A program made the translations under genes and the position numbers. The notes beneath the pieces are model-generated. The model worked only from the letters and a program-made list of their open reading frames with translations. It ran no database searches and had not been told where the DNA came from. Positions 26,933 through 40,282 of a stretch of 64,000 bases of DNA are shown here, piece by piece (position 1 is the first letter of the stretch; each line of letters starts with the position of its first letter). Source of the DNA: Eledone cirrhosa (taxonomy: Eukaryota); contig OZ024740.1 in the NCBI GenBank assembly GCA_964016885.1, forward strand, positions 236,034,001-236,098,000, given 5' to 3'.

Positions 26933-27556
26933 TGATGGTGGCTGCCCCCTCGATATAACATTATTAATAATTATCAATTAATGCTATCGTGCAATGCCTA
27001 TGCGTGAAGATTTTTTTAAAGTGAGGAAAGACTGTGCACTGAGCCAATCCCACTCTCTGAACAACAGTAGCTATAACTCGAAAAAAAGAAAAGATCAACA
27101 TCATCGGTAACTACTGAGCCGCAGGTTTTATATCTCAGTTATCCCAGTTTCCTGAGTTGCCTTCTCCCAGAAGAATGCCCTGACAAAGGCTTGGAGTTCT
27201 TTACTCCCAATGGTTTAACCGAGCGATCGGGTATCCATCCCGATTATTTCTATATCCCCGCGCATATATATACATATGTATACATGTATATACATATATA
27301 CATACACACATATACACATATGTATATACATATTTACACATTTTTAGATGGCCGTTGACTCTTATGAGTTCTTCCGCCCTTTATCAGGTTTTGTTTTTTG
27401 TCCTGCATGGTGTCCAAAATCACCCTCCTCGCCAAGTAAACTTGGTGGGGTTGCCGGTTTAGTCGCCGACAACCCGACCATGCGACATGTTGTATTGGGT
27501 TACATGTTACCAGTAGCACTCAAGAGTGAGTCAAGAGTGACCCGACATCGCATTAC
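26933..27556 (-). mobile_element. Non-coding retroposon with RTE-type 3' tail and internal TA microsatellite
   Basis: Homologous to 55375-56011(+) and 58562-58841(+); ends GAGGGGGCAGCCA(C/T)CATCAT like the tail at 56665-56705. Confidence 0.75.
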
Positions 27557-28130
27557 ATACATACAAACAAACAAACAAACATAAGCACCTTAAATTACAG
27601 AAGGTCGTTGCCCAAGGAGTGCATCCAAGAAACGTTTCGAGATTCTATTAAAAGAACCATGTATTTATTCTACACCCAGCCTTACGTAAACAAAACACAC
27701 AAAAAAGAAAAAAAGTAAAGGGCTCTTAACTGCTGATGAAGTCGTAAGGGCATCATCATGACTTGAGCATTTTTTAGTCCATCGCTCACCAGATCGGAAC
27801 ACAGCCGATTTCTTCAAGAGAGAAAGAGAGAGTGAGGTGGTGGAGAACTAATCCAAGTACTGGATTGGTACTTTATTTATCGACATTGAAAAGATGAAAT
27901 CATATACATGGCCGCTCACCATCATAAAACACAACGCCACCGCAATTACAATTATACACACACACATATACAATACTACAACAAACACATACTTACACAT
28001 GTATATATATATACATATGTATGTATATATATATATATATATACATATATACATACATACATTCATCACCATCACAAAAACCAGTATATAAAGACCAGAA
28101 GCATTTAGAGAACAAAGAAGGTCGTTGATA

Positions 28131-28173
28131 ACTAACTGAGAAGGTTACAGATGTGTAACGAAAGATTTTGACA
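28131..28173 (+). ncRNA. Decayed hammerhead, same family as 34215-34259
   Basis: CTGAGAA-g-gttaca gatg tgtaac-GAAAGATTT-tgac; G8 and stem I are mutated. Confidence 0.55.
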
Positions 28174-29114
28174 AATCAATCAAGTGAAATACAATCATTG
28201 CGTGTGGGTTTTATTGGCAGAATGTTGGACCTCCATTGGTTCTGACAATGAATATTCCAGTTGTTCGATCAACGAAACAATCTGCTCGTAAAATTAATGT
28301 GCAAGTGGCTGAGCATTCCACAGTCATGTGTACCATTTGCATAGTTCCCAGGAAGATTCAGCGGGACGTTCTATCACAAGGATGGCCATTTGAATCACAG
28401 GTACAACTCATTTTTGACAGCCGAGTGAACTAGAAGAACATGAAATAACGTATCTTGCTGAAGGTCACAACACACCAACAGGTATCAAATCTACGACCGT
28501 GAGCCGAAAACTTAACTACTAAGCCACGCGCTTTCACTTATTGCCAGAAAGATTTCACATAGATTTCACCCGTCCATAACTATCGCAATTTCTAGTTACT
28601 CTCTGGCTTCTGACCTTGAAATTATATCTTTCTTTGTAATAAACAATAAAGCTAATCATATTTTATAGCTGCAGCACTAACGTTGTGGAGCGCGTGGCCT
28701 TGTGGTAAGGGTGTTGGACTTACGGTCATAATGTCGTGGGTTCGATTCCTGGACTGGGCTGCGTGTTATGTTCTTGAGCAAAACAATTCATTTCACGTTG
28801 CTCCAGTATACTCATATGAAAATGAGTGCCAGTAATAGCTGGAGGGTTTAACCCTGCGATGAACTGGCGTCCTGTCCAGGGGGGCAGCCATGTACTCTCA
28901 GTCGCTTCACGCAATGAAACCGGAATAAGCACCGGTCTAACGAACCTTCTGGCTTAAGACAGACTTTATTACTAACATAGCTTCAGTCACAATAAAGGTA
29001 TTCATGAAAGCATATACTATAATTAAAAATATATAAATTTTATTATGAATGATTTATGCCGGTGATCATGTCACAGCTATCTCAATAGTCATGTGTGAAC
29101 GCCAGACACTAGTT

Positions 29115-29312
29115 CAGACCTGTCAACTCTCCCCGTCCGACAGGAAGATCTCCCACCACCCACTTTGAGGTAGGTGAGATATGTCTTCTCTTGTGAAAAT
29201 GGGTATAGCTTTCATTATGTAAAATCTCCCCATTTTTCTCATTTCTCCCCGTTTTGGAGGCACTTTTTTTTATGGTACTCTTCGTCGGGGTTTTTAGAGG
29301 TTGGCAGGTCTG
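29115..29312. mobile_element. MITE with CAGACCTGNCAAC TIRs
   Basis: 13-bp TIRs; flanks CTAGTT/CTAGTG; homologous to 30720-30914. Confidence 0.8.
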
Positions 29313-30019
29313 CTAGTGTTTCGGGATTTTTTATCCATCATAAGTGACATTTACTCACTCGATATTGAGACAAGCATAACTGTAACATGATTAAAGTTTA
29401 AAACAGTCATAGCGAGAATTATGTGTCTATTATACATAAACATAGCGTATATGCCTTATTGTACACCTGTATTAACAAGCAGGCTGTGTTAGTCGTACTG
29501 GTAATTAATCCTAACAAGTCAAACTTGCACCATATGCAAATGAGCATCACCAGCAGACGTTTTATATGAAAGACGTATTTAAGCTATAGTTTATTTTTGT
29601 CTCACCGATGATGGATAAAAATTCTGAAACACTTCTTCTGAGATAGTTGTGAGATAATCACAGCATAACACATTCATAGCGAGACATGTATGTTTTTAAT
29701 GCATAAAAATATCGTTTATGCCTTCATATACACCTCTATTGTAATAATATTTTTGTATGTGTTTTATGATTTCATATAAAAATTCCCCACAAAACAAACT
29801 TTGGGTTATAAGGCATATCAATTCCTTAACTTGCTATATGTGTGTGAGAGAGAGAGAGAGTCTGTGTGTGTGTATGAGAGAGAGAGAGAGGGGGGAGGGA
29901 GAGTGTGTGTGTGTGTGTGTGCGTATATACACATTTGTGTATATTTTGTGTATATTTTTAATTGACATTTTAGCTACGCTGTGAAAATAAAGCCCGTGTT
30001 ATAGCTGCCAGAGAGAAAG

Positions 30020-30077
30020 ATCGAATCGACTATTCGATTGGTTTCAACCATCGTTAAAGCCATCTTCAGGATTCGAT
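30020..30077 (-). ncRNA. Type I hammerhead ribozyme (partly decayed)
   Basis: atcgaatc-CTGAAGA-tggctttaacgatggtt-GAAAC-caatcgaata-GTC-gattcgat: perfect 8-bp stem I, weak stem II, near-palindromic stem III, GUC triplet. Confidence 0.8.
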
Positions 30078-30283
30078 TACTTTCTCCTGTCTGCTCACTG
30101 AGAGATGTATTATTCATATAGATCGTTACTAACCTTGATAATGGCTAGCACCGATATTTGTACATGTCAGTGTTGGATGTGTGTATACATTAATTGGAAC
30201 ATCGACAGGTCATATATGAGAATAAAACTATAAATAAAGTTACGGTATTATAAATGATATATACATATATACATATATATATA

Positions 30284-30361
30284 TAGTGTTGCCCCCCAAA
30301 TGTATACACACTTTGATTAGAATGCTGTTGAAGTGTGTATACATTTTGGGGGAAAACCCTG
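30284..30361. mobile_element. Small Tc1/mariner-like MITE
   Basis: ~30-bp imperfect TIRs (CAGGGTGTCCCC-type) with TA flanks; related copy at 62324-62424. Confidence 0.7.
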
Positions 30362-30719
30362 TATATATGTGTGTGTGTATACATGTGTGTAGCGTGCGTG
30401 TCGGTGTGTGTAAAAATGTAAATCTGATTACATATTTGATTTGAATGCGTACTAAACAAATTATTTTGAGTCACACGTACTTTTTAATGACTTGTCAGGT
30501 TAATGATGCGAAGCTAAGTGTTAAGGAAGGATGGGCTGCGCTTTCGACATCTTCAGAAGTCATAACCTGAGTATAGTTAAATGCGTTGTTAGTTACAGAT
30601 GACTGCTCAACATTAAGAGAATGGTTCTATCGGAACAGTGTTGTCTGTATGTTGAATTAAAAAAATATATTACTAAATGAGCTTCACTGATGGAGGTTCT
30701 CGTAATTTCTTTAATACAT

Positions 30720-30914
30720 CAGACCTGTCAACTCTCCTCGTCCGACGGGGAGATCTCCCACCCACTTTGGGGTGGGTGAGAGATGTCTTCTCTAGTGAAA
30801 ATGGGTATAGCTTTCATTATGCAAAATCTCCTCATTTTGCCTCATTTCTCCTCGTTTTGGGGCACTTTTTTTCATGGTACTCCCTGTTTGGATTTTTCAA
30901 GGTTGACAGGCCTG
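30720..30914. mobile_element. MITE with CAGACCTGTCAAC TIRs and 6-bp TSD
   Basis: ATACAT|CAGACCTGTCAAC...GTTGACAGGCCTG|ATACAT. Confidence 0.8.
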
Positions 30915-31621
30915 ATACATGTCTGATACATACTAGTTAAGTGTGATATGATTAGATATTGGACTAATACCAGCTTGCTGTAGCTAAAGTGTAGGTATGC
31001 GAGTACAGTCCTGGTGGTCGGAGAGAATTTGAACGTGCTGTTGTTTATCCTCGGGTTAACCTTGATTAGAAAGACATATTCAAATGTATTCCAATCATAG
31101 TAGTTTGTTTAGGGATATCTAGAAATAAATAACTTATCAAATGTGTCTTTCCACTGGTGCAGTGTGATCTCAGAGTAATTTGGGTGCTTCAGCAGTTGAA
31201 AATGAATAAATATATTTATGTTCAGATTTCTTCTCACTCCGAGCGGATAAATCTTTCACCATTTACACATTTATACAAGGATTATGTAAAGAGCCCGAAA
31301 ACGAAATTGTGTAAGACGAAACAGGCAAAGATATTTCTCAAAATAGATGTTTCATGGTTGTTGTGGGGACTTCTTAGCTCTTGGGCTCCGGAACAAAGTA
31401 TCGGCTGCACGCCCCACTCTCATAGGCCTTGATTGTGTGTGTGTGTGTGAGTGTGTGAGTGCGTGAATGTGTGTGTGTGTGAGTGCGTGAATGCGTGTGT
31501 GTGTGTGTGTAGGGGATAAGGTGTGAAGTTGGGGAGTATAAGTACACTGCAGAGATTAGAACCTAGTCGTTGCCTACAGTTATCAACTCTGTACCAGAAT
31601 GTCTGCGATCATTCCAAATTA

Positions 31622-33372
31622 CACCGTGTAACATAGTTTTTGTTCCCCGGTTCTAAGTGTCATTTCATGGTTTGTTATATCCCATTATTATAAAAAAAAA
31701 CATTATTATTTAATCAGAAGTTTGGGTTTGTGGTCAGAAGTTTGATATTTCGAAATTTTCATATTTTTCAAGAAAAAACACATTTTTTAGAAATTTATCA
31801 CTTCATATAATTAAATCAACAGAGTATATATTTATTTTATTACACAAGTTTATCAAAAGCAAGCAAGTAAAAACAAATAACACTTATAAAGCAACTTATA
31901 CACGTCAGAAATGACTGGATTTCTTGGATTTGCGGTTGTAGTCCAGGTCGCATTCCCGCGCTAGTCCCCAGATATAGTCCCCCATCATTTTTTCATTGTA
32001 GTGGCCCTGGTACCTCCACTCTATCTCTTTCACATCTTGGTGGAATCGTTCACTTTGTTCTTCTGAGTAGGTGCCCATATTGTCCTTGACTTTTTCCAGG
32101 TGAGCGTCCAGCATATGGAGTTTAAGCGACATCCTGCATCCCATGGCGCCAAAAGCCTTTATCAGTTCCTGCACCAGTTGCTGGTAGTTTTCAGCTCTGT
32201 AGTTGCCCAGGAAGCCCTTAACAACTGCCTTGAAACAGTTCCATGCTGTTCTCTCAATCCTATTGAGCTTATTGGAGAACTCGGTAGACTCAAACAACCT
32301 TCTTTATCTGAGATCCAACAAAAATTCCACGTTTGATTTTGGCCTCAGATAACTTGGGGAAGAACTCAAGAAGGTACTTAAAAGCGGCTGATTCTTGGTT
32401 GAGAGCCTTCACAAACTGCTTCATCAACCCCAACTTAATGTGCTGTGGCGGCATGAGTACAATCCTGGGATCAACCAGTGACTCTCACATGACGTTCCGG
32501 GTCCCAACTACAAATTCTGTTCGCTGCTCCCAGTTCTTTCTTTTGTAGTGGTCAGAGGTGGCTCTGCTGTCCTAAAGGCAGAGGAAGCATTGGAATTTGA
32601 TAAAGCCTCCTTGGAGTCCAAACAGGAAAGCCACCATCTTGAAGTCTCCAATGATTTCTCAATTGTACTGGTTCTATTGCAAAGCTTCCAAGAGGACTTT
32701 CACACTGTAGTAATCTTCCTTCAGGCAGACTGAATGAGCTAGGGGCAGTGTCGGGAACTTGTTTCCATTATGGGGGAGGACAGCCTTGAAACTTGTGGTG
32801 GAGCTGTCTGTAAATAGCCGCCACTCCTTGGGCACAAACGACACCCCAATAACGTCAAACAGTCCAGGCACGTCATGGCAGAAGCAGAGGCCATCCCTAA
32901 GAGTGTAAAAGCCTGAGAAAGGTTCGTGTCGACTTCTCTGACTTGTCACCTGCACTTCCTCCTTGACCAAGTTCCACTGCTTCATCCTGGAGACGAATGC
33001 TTAAAACACAACTTACCCTTTATTCAGGGTGCGAAAATCCAGTATCAATAAATCTCTTTAATCCACTTTTTAACAATTTTATGCTTTATTGCACTTTTAT
33101 AATTTTCTTTAGGTATTACTCTTTATTTTATAATTTTAATTTAACCTGAAACATATATTAAAAAAAAATCATTTAACATAAGCAAATTAAACTTACATAC
33201 AACGTAAAATCCAGCATACAAATAATTCTAGTGAATAGCTTAGAATTTTTACAAACCCAAACTTTTAACTGTTTGATAGCACTTTTTTATTTATTTATTT
33301 GGGATCTAAGCAACACAAAAAAGTGATTACAAGCCAGGAACAGAGAAAATTTTTTTTTTTTGTTACACGGTG
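31622..33372 (-). mobile_element. Chapaev3-like (CMC/Transib-related) DNA transposon, internally deleted, with transposase pseudogene at 31905-32998
   Basis: TIRs CACCGTGTAACA...TGTTACACGGTG, flanks TTA/ATA. Motifs WRLFTDSS..KAVLPHNGN, GDFKMVAFLFGLQGG..CFLC, PPQHIKLGLMKQFVKAL, KLHMLDAH..SEEQSERFHQD, with stops and a frameshift. Confidence 0.85.
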
Positions 33373-33697
33373 ATAATCATCATTCTAATAGAAGAGGTTG
33401 TGGTGGACGTTGGCTTTATGCTTTGTATCTTGGTGTTGTTTTATAAGGTACACGGTGTCTTTTGTAGTTTGGTTTAAATGTTTGTTTATTTGATCTGATA
33501 AATGTATATATATAATGTTATACTTGGGGAGGGTCATGCTACCATTAAAGAGACACACGTACCAGTTGAGTAACAAATTCATTCATCGGTTAGTTTAGTA
33601 GTCGAGTGATTGTTTCATTGTTTAGTGTCAAAGGTCTAATGTCACACACCTTGTGACCTTCTCAATGGGTGTTATTGCTCCTCTTTGTTCTGATCTC

Positions 33698-33829
<132 letters not shown>

Positions 33830-34070
33830 TCTAGGGCGGGTAAAATTCCCGAGATCCATGGACGAGTTCTCTCCAGCGGTCTCTGTCCCTCATTATCGCT
33901 GCCATGTCCTGCGTATCCAACAGACCAGTGACTGTCCTTAGGGCATCAACATACGTTAACCTTGGTCTTCCTCTTCCAGTGTGTCCATGTAGAGGCTCCC
34001 ACAGGAGCACTGAGTGCAATGTCAACTCTGGATGTCGGTGAGCATGTCCAGCTAACCTCAGTCTCCTCTG
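33830..34070 (-). mobile_element. TA-associated RTE 3' fragment
   Basis: [30 protein letters not shown] with the stop codon abutting (TA)n; same family as 16719 and 60561. Confidence 0.9.
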
Positions 34071-34080
34071 ATGGTTGTTT

Positions 34081-34265
34081 ATATATTTTCAAAGCTATTT
34101 CGTCACACATTATGTGACCCCCCTCGGTGATTGGATTTTTATTTTGTGTCTCTCCTTTATTCTAAAACTAGATGGTGTTGGACAGAACAAAGGAGAGACA
34201 CACAATAAAAACACAGTCACTGAGGAGGTCACAGAATGTGTAACGAAAGAGCTTTGACTATATAT
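34081..34265. mobile_element. Head-to-head inverted insert with a hammerhead in each arm
   Basis: Arms ~34081-34163 and ~34184-34265 are imperfect reverse complements ending in TATA. Confidence 0.8.
34215..34259 (+). ncRNA. Minimal type I hammerhead ribozyme
   Basis: agtca-CTGAGGA-g-gtcaca gaatg tgtaac-GAAAG-AG-CTT-tgact; decayed mirror copy on minus at about 34088-34132. Confidence 0.8.
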
Positions 34266-35849
34266 ATACCACATTTCACAACTTATATACCAAGGAGTCA
34301 TGTCACCCACCTACAGTCGTTAAATTCTTCGTTAAAAACATCAGTAATAAGATTTCTAATAACATTAACAGTATTTGTTTACCACTTGTATTTTTGTGTA
34401 TATTTTTACATGTATATTGTATAACATTATAATACGCTCTAGAAAAAGCATTGATCCCAACATAAATATGTGTGCATATAGTTTTGGTACTCTATTTTCA
34501 ACCATTTTTACTTACAAAGGAAGTTTACGTGCAAAGCAAATCGATCTCGATATCTTAAATCTGGTTGCTCAAACGTTTATGTCCGTATCAAGTGGAAATA
34601 GCTAGTAGAGAGTATTCTATATACAATCAGATGATATAACCATCAATGGGACATCGTATTGCAAGTTTCTCGTGCGGCTTGACGACAATCTGCGAGCGAC
34701 ATCTCAATGTGGTTCGTAGCTGGCTAAGTAAAACGTATTTTCATGACTGGACATCCCTTATCAAATAGGGTCCCGTTTAGGAACAGCCCCCACCCTCACT
34801 CTTTCCGAACAGGGCGCCAACTTTGAACTGGAGAGTATGTCTTTAATAATGTAATTAATGTCTCTTTTGAGCCAATTTATCAAAATTTCTCTACTTTAAT
34901 GACACCAGTTGGTGAAAGTAGAAGGTGGTGTATATGTACATATTTATATGAGTGTATGTATATGTGTATGTATATGTGTATGTGTATGTGTAGTTATATG
35001 GATGATGGTGTTTGATGTGTGCGTGTATATGTGCTTATATGCTTGTGTATGTGTGTGTGTGTGTAAGCTTTGACCATTCCTTTGCTATCTCCATCATTTG
35101 ACCACATGACCTGGTAGTGGACAAAGTTTTTCCTCTCTATTCAGTCTCTACTCTCACTCTTTCTTTCTCTCTCTCTCTCTCTTACTCTCTCTCTCTCTTT
35201 CTCCCTCTCTCTCTAACGGACCTATACACAGGGAAGTAGGATACATGTAGTGCATATATATAAATGTGTGTGTAGCTACATCAATGATAGTGTTTGATGT
35301 AGGTATGTATGTACACAATGGCCATCTCTTTCCTACCTCTATGATTTGACCTCATGGGCTGGTACTGGGCAGATGTATTTATGTATTTGAAGAAATTCAA
35401 AGCAATATGAAATTCTTTTTATTCAGTTTCTGCTGTCTGCCCTTACTCTCTGTCGTCTTATCATATCCCCCTTTTCTAAAAGTAACTAAACATTTGTCAC
35501 AATGTTTTCTTGCCACGTAATATTATGAAAGGGCGGTGGATTGGCAGTATCGGTAGAGGGTCGGACGCCATGCTTTCCAGCATAGTTACGTCCCTTTACG
35601 ATCTGAGTTCAAATCCCGCCGAGGTTGACTTTGCTTTTCATCCTTACGGGGTCGATAAAATAAAGTACCAGTAATGCACTGGGTAATTGCTGGCCTTGTG
35701 CCTAAAGTAGAAACAATTATGAAAGAACCTTTATTATGTTCCAAACAATAATGAGAAATCCAGTTTTTTGTATTTAAAATGTTCATGTATAAATTGTCAA
35801 TTAAAATTTCGTGCACTTAAACTTGGGAATTTGTTGTGTATTTTAATGT

Positions 35850-36400
35850 TTATATATGAGGGACCCACACACAAAAATTAGAAGTTCTGGGAATTGAGTC
35901 ATGTGATAATGAGGAGAGGAATGTCATTAAAACTGGAGGGGAAGATGTAAGCTGTGCGTGGAAGAAATGCCATGATTTATAGGAGCGAGGCAAGTGTGAA
36001 ATACGTTCATCACCAAGAATAGGGAGCAGCAGAGAAGGATGGAAAGAGCAAAATTGAGAATGGTAAGGTGGATGAGTGGAATATTGCTCAGAGAGAGGGG
36101 GGTGGGGTGGATAACGAATTGCAGAGGATGATGAGAATAGAGCCAGCGATGGATGTTGTGAAGAGAAACGGAATGAGATGGTTGGATCATGTGTAGAGGA
36201 AGAATGAAAGTGACTTGGTGAGAGGAGTGATGGAAATTCATGTGGAGGTGAGTAGAAAAGGGGGACTACCATAAAATACATGGCTGGAGATGACGGGGAA
36301 GGAAGTGAAAGCTAGAGAATCGTTGAGGGAGAATGCAGTCAATATAGCAAAGTGTCAACCTTTAGCGGAAAAAAATGGCCTTAAAGTGTTTGTTGTTGTT
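35850..36400 (+). mobile_element. Highly decayed RTE-like 3' fragment
   Basis: Remnants such as MVRWMSGI, MRWLDHV*R and RRGTTIKYM followed by a (GTT)-type tail. Confidence 0.5.
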
Positions 36401-36809
36401 AAAGTGTTTGTATATGAAGCGCCCTCCAAACCTGAACTACCTTCCACCCCAGGTCTGAATATGGTCTGGCATTTGTTAATTAAATGTTTTTTTGTTGTTC
36501 GGATTTGAGATTCTCCCTAGTTGCTGCGTTTGCAGATGGCGTCTCATTTAAAATAATTATTACTATACTCTTAAATCAACTATGATATTTTAAGACTTGA
36601 CCCTTGTGGTAGGCGGTCGATTGTCGCACTTGGCGGGGAATTGATGGTTGTTTTCGTTTGTTTGTTTTTTTTCTCGCTTTAATCATGTATTTTTGTACAT
36701 TATATTTGTGAGGTTCCTAACAATAATTAATTGTATTATATGTGTTTATATTTTCATTCTGTAAGAATCCTAAACAATTTGTAATGTTATTTATATAACT
36801 GTGAATAAT

Positions 36810-37250
36810 AAAAGACTGGGGTGATACTTCTTTAATTATTATACACAGCTAGATAAAACTTCTGTTACATTAACGACTAAGGGGATATTTTGTCAAATGT
36901 CCAATTACATCGATACTTATTTGTGAGTCTGTTTGATAATTTCCGATTTGATAGATAGACGGAGGGCCACTTAACTGATCATTTGGTACATATATATTGT
37001 GTATGTATAAATGGTTTAGTGGAGTTACAGTTTGCTACAATGTTCTATGTGCTCGAAAAGCAGTGGAAACTCATTTTAATATTGAGCCTGTTGAAAAGTT
37101 TATAGAATTGTTTTTCTGACAAGAATATATTTGGCAATCAAATTTAGAAGGGTTTTAGCTTTGTGAAAAATTCCCGTTGAGGCTGAATGGACGATTGAAT
37201 CTGGTAATATTTCGGTTACTATTATGTATTCTTTGGTATTTACCTTCTTT
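36810..37250 (-). pseudogene. Decayed Penelope-like element fragment (RT thumb/linker leading to GIY-YIG)
   Basis: With frameshifts: RNITRFNRPFSLN..AKTLLNLIAKY..FYKLFNRLNIKMSFHCFS..CNW..KYPLSR*C. This matches the recalled PLE consensus RNIIWFNPPFS..FL.LIDKHF..KIFNRN..K.SYSC..CNC..CPL.G.C. Confidence 0.7.
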
Positions 37251-37265
37251 ATTCATTCCTGGGTT

Positions 37266-37308
<43 letters not shown>

Positions 37309-37341
37309 TACATGAATCAAAGTTCTGTTTAAATCATTTAT

Positions 37342-37390
37342 TTGCTTACAATTGTTTCTTCCAAACCGAGGTTTGAAGTCTTCGGAGCAA
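37342..37390 (-). ncRNA. Type I hammerhead ribozyme, U4C core variant
   Basis: ttgct-CCGAAGA-c-ttcaaac ctcg gtttgga-a-GAAAC-AATT-GTA-agcaa: perfect stem I, 7-bp stem II, ACAATTGT palindrome, GUA triplet; (TA)n lies ~40 nt downstream. Confidence 0.85.
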
Positions 37391-38503
37391 TTATTCAGTG
37401 ATTTTTTACATACTTGACCTCCTTTTCAACACAAGAGACATATAGAAACATATGTATATATTGACCCACAGTGGGTTGACATCCATTATAATAATACAGC
37501 ATGGCAATTTACATACAAAGATTACAGTCATATTAAAGGACAAAATTAAAGTTAAAATTAAAATTAAAATTAAAATTAAAATTAAAATAAAACATTGGCA
37601 GTTTACGAAGATAAAGCAAGAGGAAAGTTTGGAGTAGCCAGTGTATGCAACAGTCATACGCGAGGCATGCACGCGTGTCCTATTTATACAAGATTATAGT
37701 GCGGCAGATTGTTACATGTAAAACAAGCAATCAAAGCAGGCAATCAAGAGCATCATGGGGGCTGAACTGGTAAAGCATTTTTTCACACACACCTGTACGA
37801 TATAGAACCCCGTGTATAGAGAAACACCAAAAATATCAAAAATATTACAAATGAGAAGCAAAACAGCACCACTGTCCTCGCACACACCACCACTCTCACA
37901 ATCCAGGAAACGCAATTTATAGACTACATGTGAATCACACAATCCACTATGATTCAACATTGGGTGCCTGGTGAACCATGCTAGAACATCACAGCTTGTC
38001 GTTCTCTAATTCAATTCTATAGAGCAGGTTGTTTTTGTTGTGAGAGTTGACATCGTATTATATTCCGGAAGTGTGTGTATGATTAAGGGGAGTTAATGTA
38101 TCATGTAATTTCTATATAACTGCTCTGTAAAACAACTGATGTTGTTACATTGAGCTATTTATCTTACTGGTAATAAGATAGTAATAAATTACTGTCTTTC
38201 ACTATTTAGGGTTTAAAATATATATAACTATAAAAGGTTTTAGTATATACATAACCATAAATAGTATCCTTAATACTATATATATATATATATATATATA
38301 TATCGTGAGTGGTTAGAGAATTAGATTCGCTATCGTGAGGTTGTGAGCTCGATTCCCGGACCGGGTGATGCGTTATGTCCTTGAGCAAGACACTTTATTT
38401 CACGTTGCTCCTTCTACCTGGAGTTGCGACCGATTAGCAATTGGAAAGACAAATGGAAACATTGTTTCCTCGGTCCGATTTGACTGTCGATATACATATA
38501 TAT

Positions 38504-38565
<62 letters not shown>

Positions 38566-39550
38566 TATGTAAATATTGGGAAAGCGACGTATGAATTGAA
38601 CTAGGATTTTGTTGATAACTCTTGATCTCGTTTGTCCTTTGAAAGTTTTGGATACCACCATGATACAAAGCCAGCTATGGAGAAAAATTACTATGGGGAA
38701 ATGACAGACAACTGTAGAGTGACACAGAATTAATATGGACAGAAGAGAAACACTTTCAAATAGATTAACATGTCAAACAAAATGTAATGTTAATTTTGAC
38801 CTCATAGCACGTCTTCTAGCTAAGAATGTTATGACTTCGTCTCCTCATCTCTTCCTGACATCATTAGAGTCATTAGAATCATTAGAGTGTAAGAAAAAAT
38901 GCTTTGTGGTACTTAGTTACGGCTTTGTGTTGTGATTTCAAATTTCCCCAGGGTTAATTCTGCTTTATGTTCTTCTGAAGCCAATAAAAATAATTACTAG
39001 TCGATATAATTGACTTTACTCAAAATAATTGACTTTACCCTAAATTCCAGGCCTTCATGGAACCCTATGCATGGAAAACAAAATAATATTATTATCAGGG
39101 CGGTGGATTGGCAGAATCGGTAGAGCATCGGATACGATGCTTTGCAGCATAGAGTTACGGTTTTTTACGTTCTGAGTTCAAATCCTGCCGAGGTTAAATT
39201 TGCCTTTCATCCTTACGGGGTCGATAAAATTAAGTACCAGTAACACATTGGGGATCACTTTGATTGACTTTCCCCTCCCCCAAAATTGCTGGCCTTGTGC
39301 CTAAATCAGAAACCATGATGATAATATCTTTTTTTTTAATTATTTGAATTTCTATGTTGTTTCTCTTGCTTTTCTCTGCCTGAATTAACCATTAAAGCTA
39401 ATGATTATTTCTCTCTCCATAGTATGACTGTAATTTTAATGAATTCAAATTGGTTTGGATCACTACATTATGTATGCTTACCACAGCTTAACTATATGTT
39501 TTTCATACAGAAGGGGTTTCAGGTTAAATTTTACTCAATTATTCTTTTAA

Positions 39551-39740
39551 CCCTTTAGCATTTACAATACTATTGTATTTGCACATATTATCTCACATAA
39601 TATCGAATCTATGACATTTTTATATTATTTATTTTAAGAACAATATCTTAACATCAGTATGATTGGCAGGTTACAGCTGGTTTGAACAGAAAAAAGGTGA
39701 GAGAATTCTGATCAGATATGGCTGGTTTAAGTGGTAAGGG
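39551..39740. mobile_element. piggyBac-like MITE
   Basis: TTAA|CCCTTTAGCA...TAAGGG|TTAA. Confidence 0.8.
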
Positions 39741-40052
39741 TTAAGGTGTCACAGCTGTCAAAGTCCACTTGAAATCTTTTATCTCTCAGTCACATGATTA
39801 GTATTGGTAAGACAATACTTGAATGTCTAATAAAATCAAAACATCTGTGGATTGGTTACTGTATATATCAAAGATCAAACCCACTCCCTACTGTATCCAA
39901 CCTACCTTTTACTTTAATTGACTTTGATTTCAAATCTATCTTTCTTGATCTGAATTTATCATTAATGATTTGCCCTCCTCTTTACATGTGTAATTTTAAT
40001 TAATTAAAGAAAACTTTACTCACTACATTTAATATGCTAGCTACTCACTTAA

Positions 40053-40282
<230 letters not shown>

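Noticed and set aside
27730-27780. CTGATGA plus stem as a hammerhead
   Set aside because: GAAA is replaced by GAGC and there is no stem I/III pairing.
30532-30565. Minus-strand CTGAAGA-tgtc-GAAAGCGC
   Set aside because: No stem II, no UH triplet, no stem I.
35530-35620. tRNA gene (A and B boxes)
   Set aside because: Head of a multi-copy SINE; no acceptor stem or cloverleaf.
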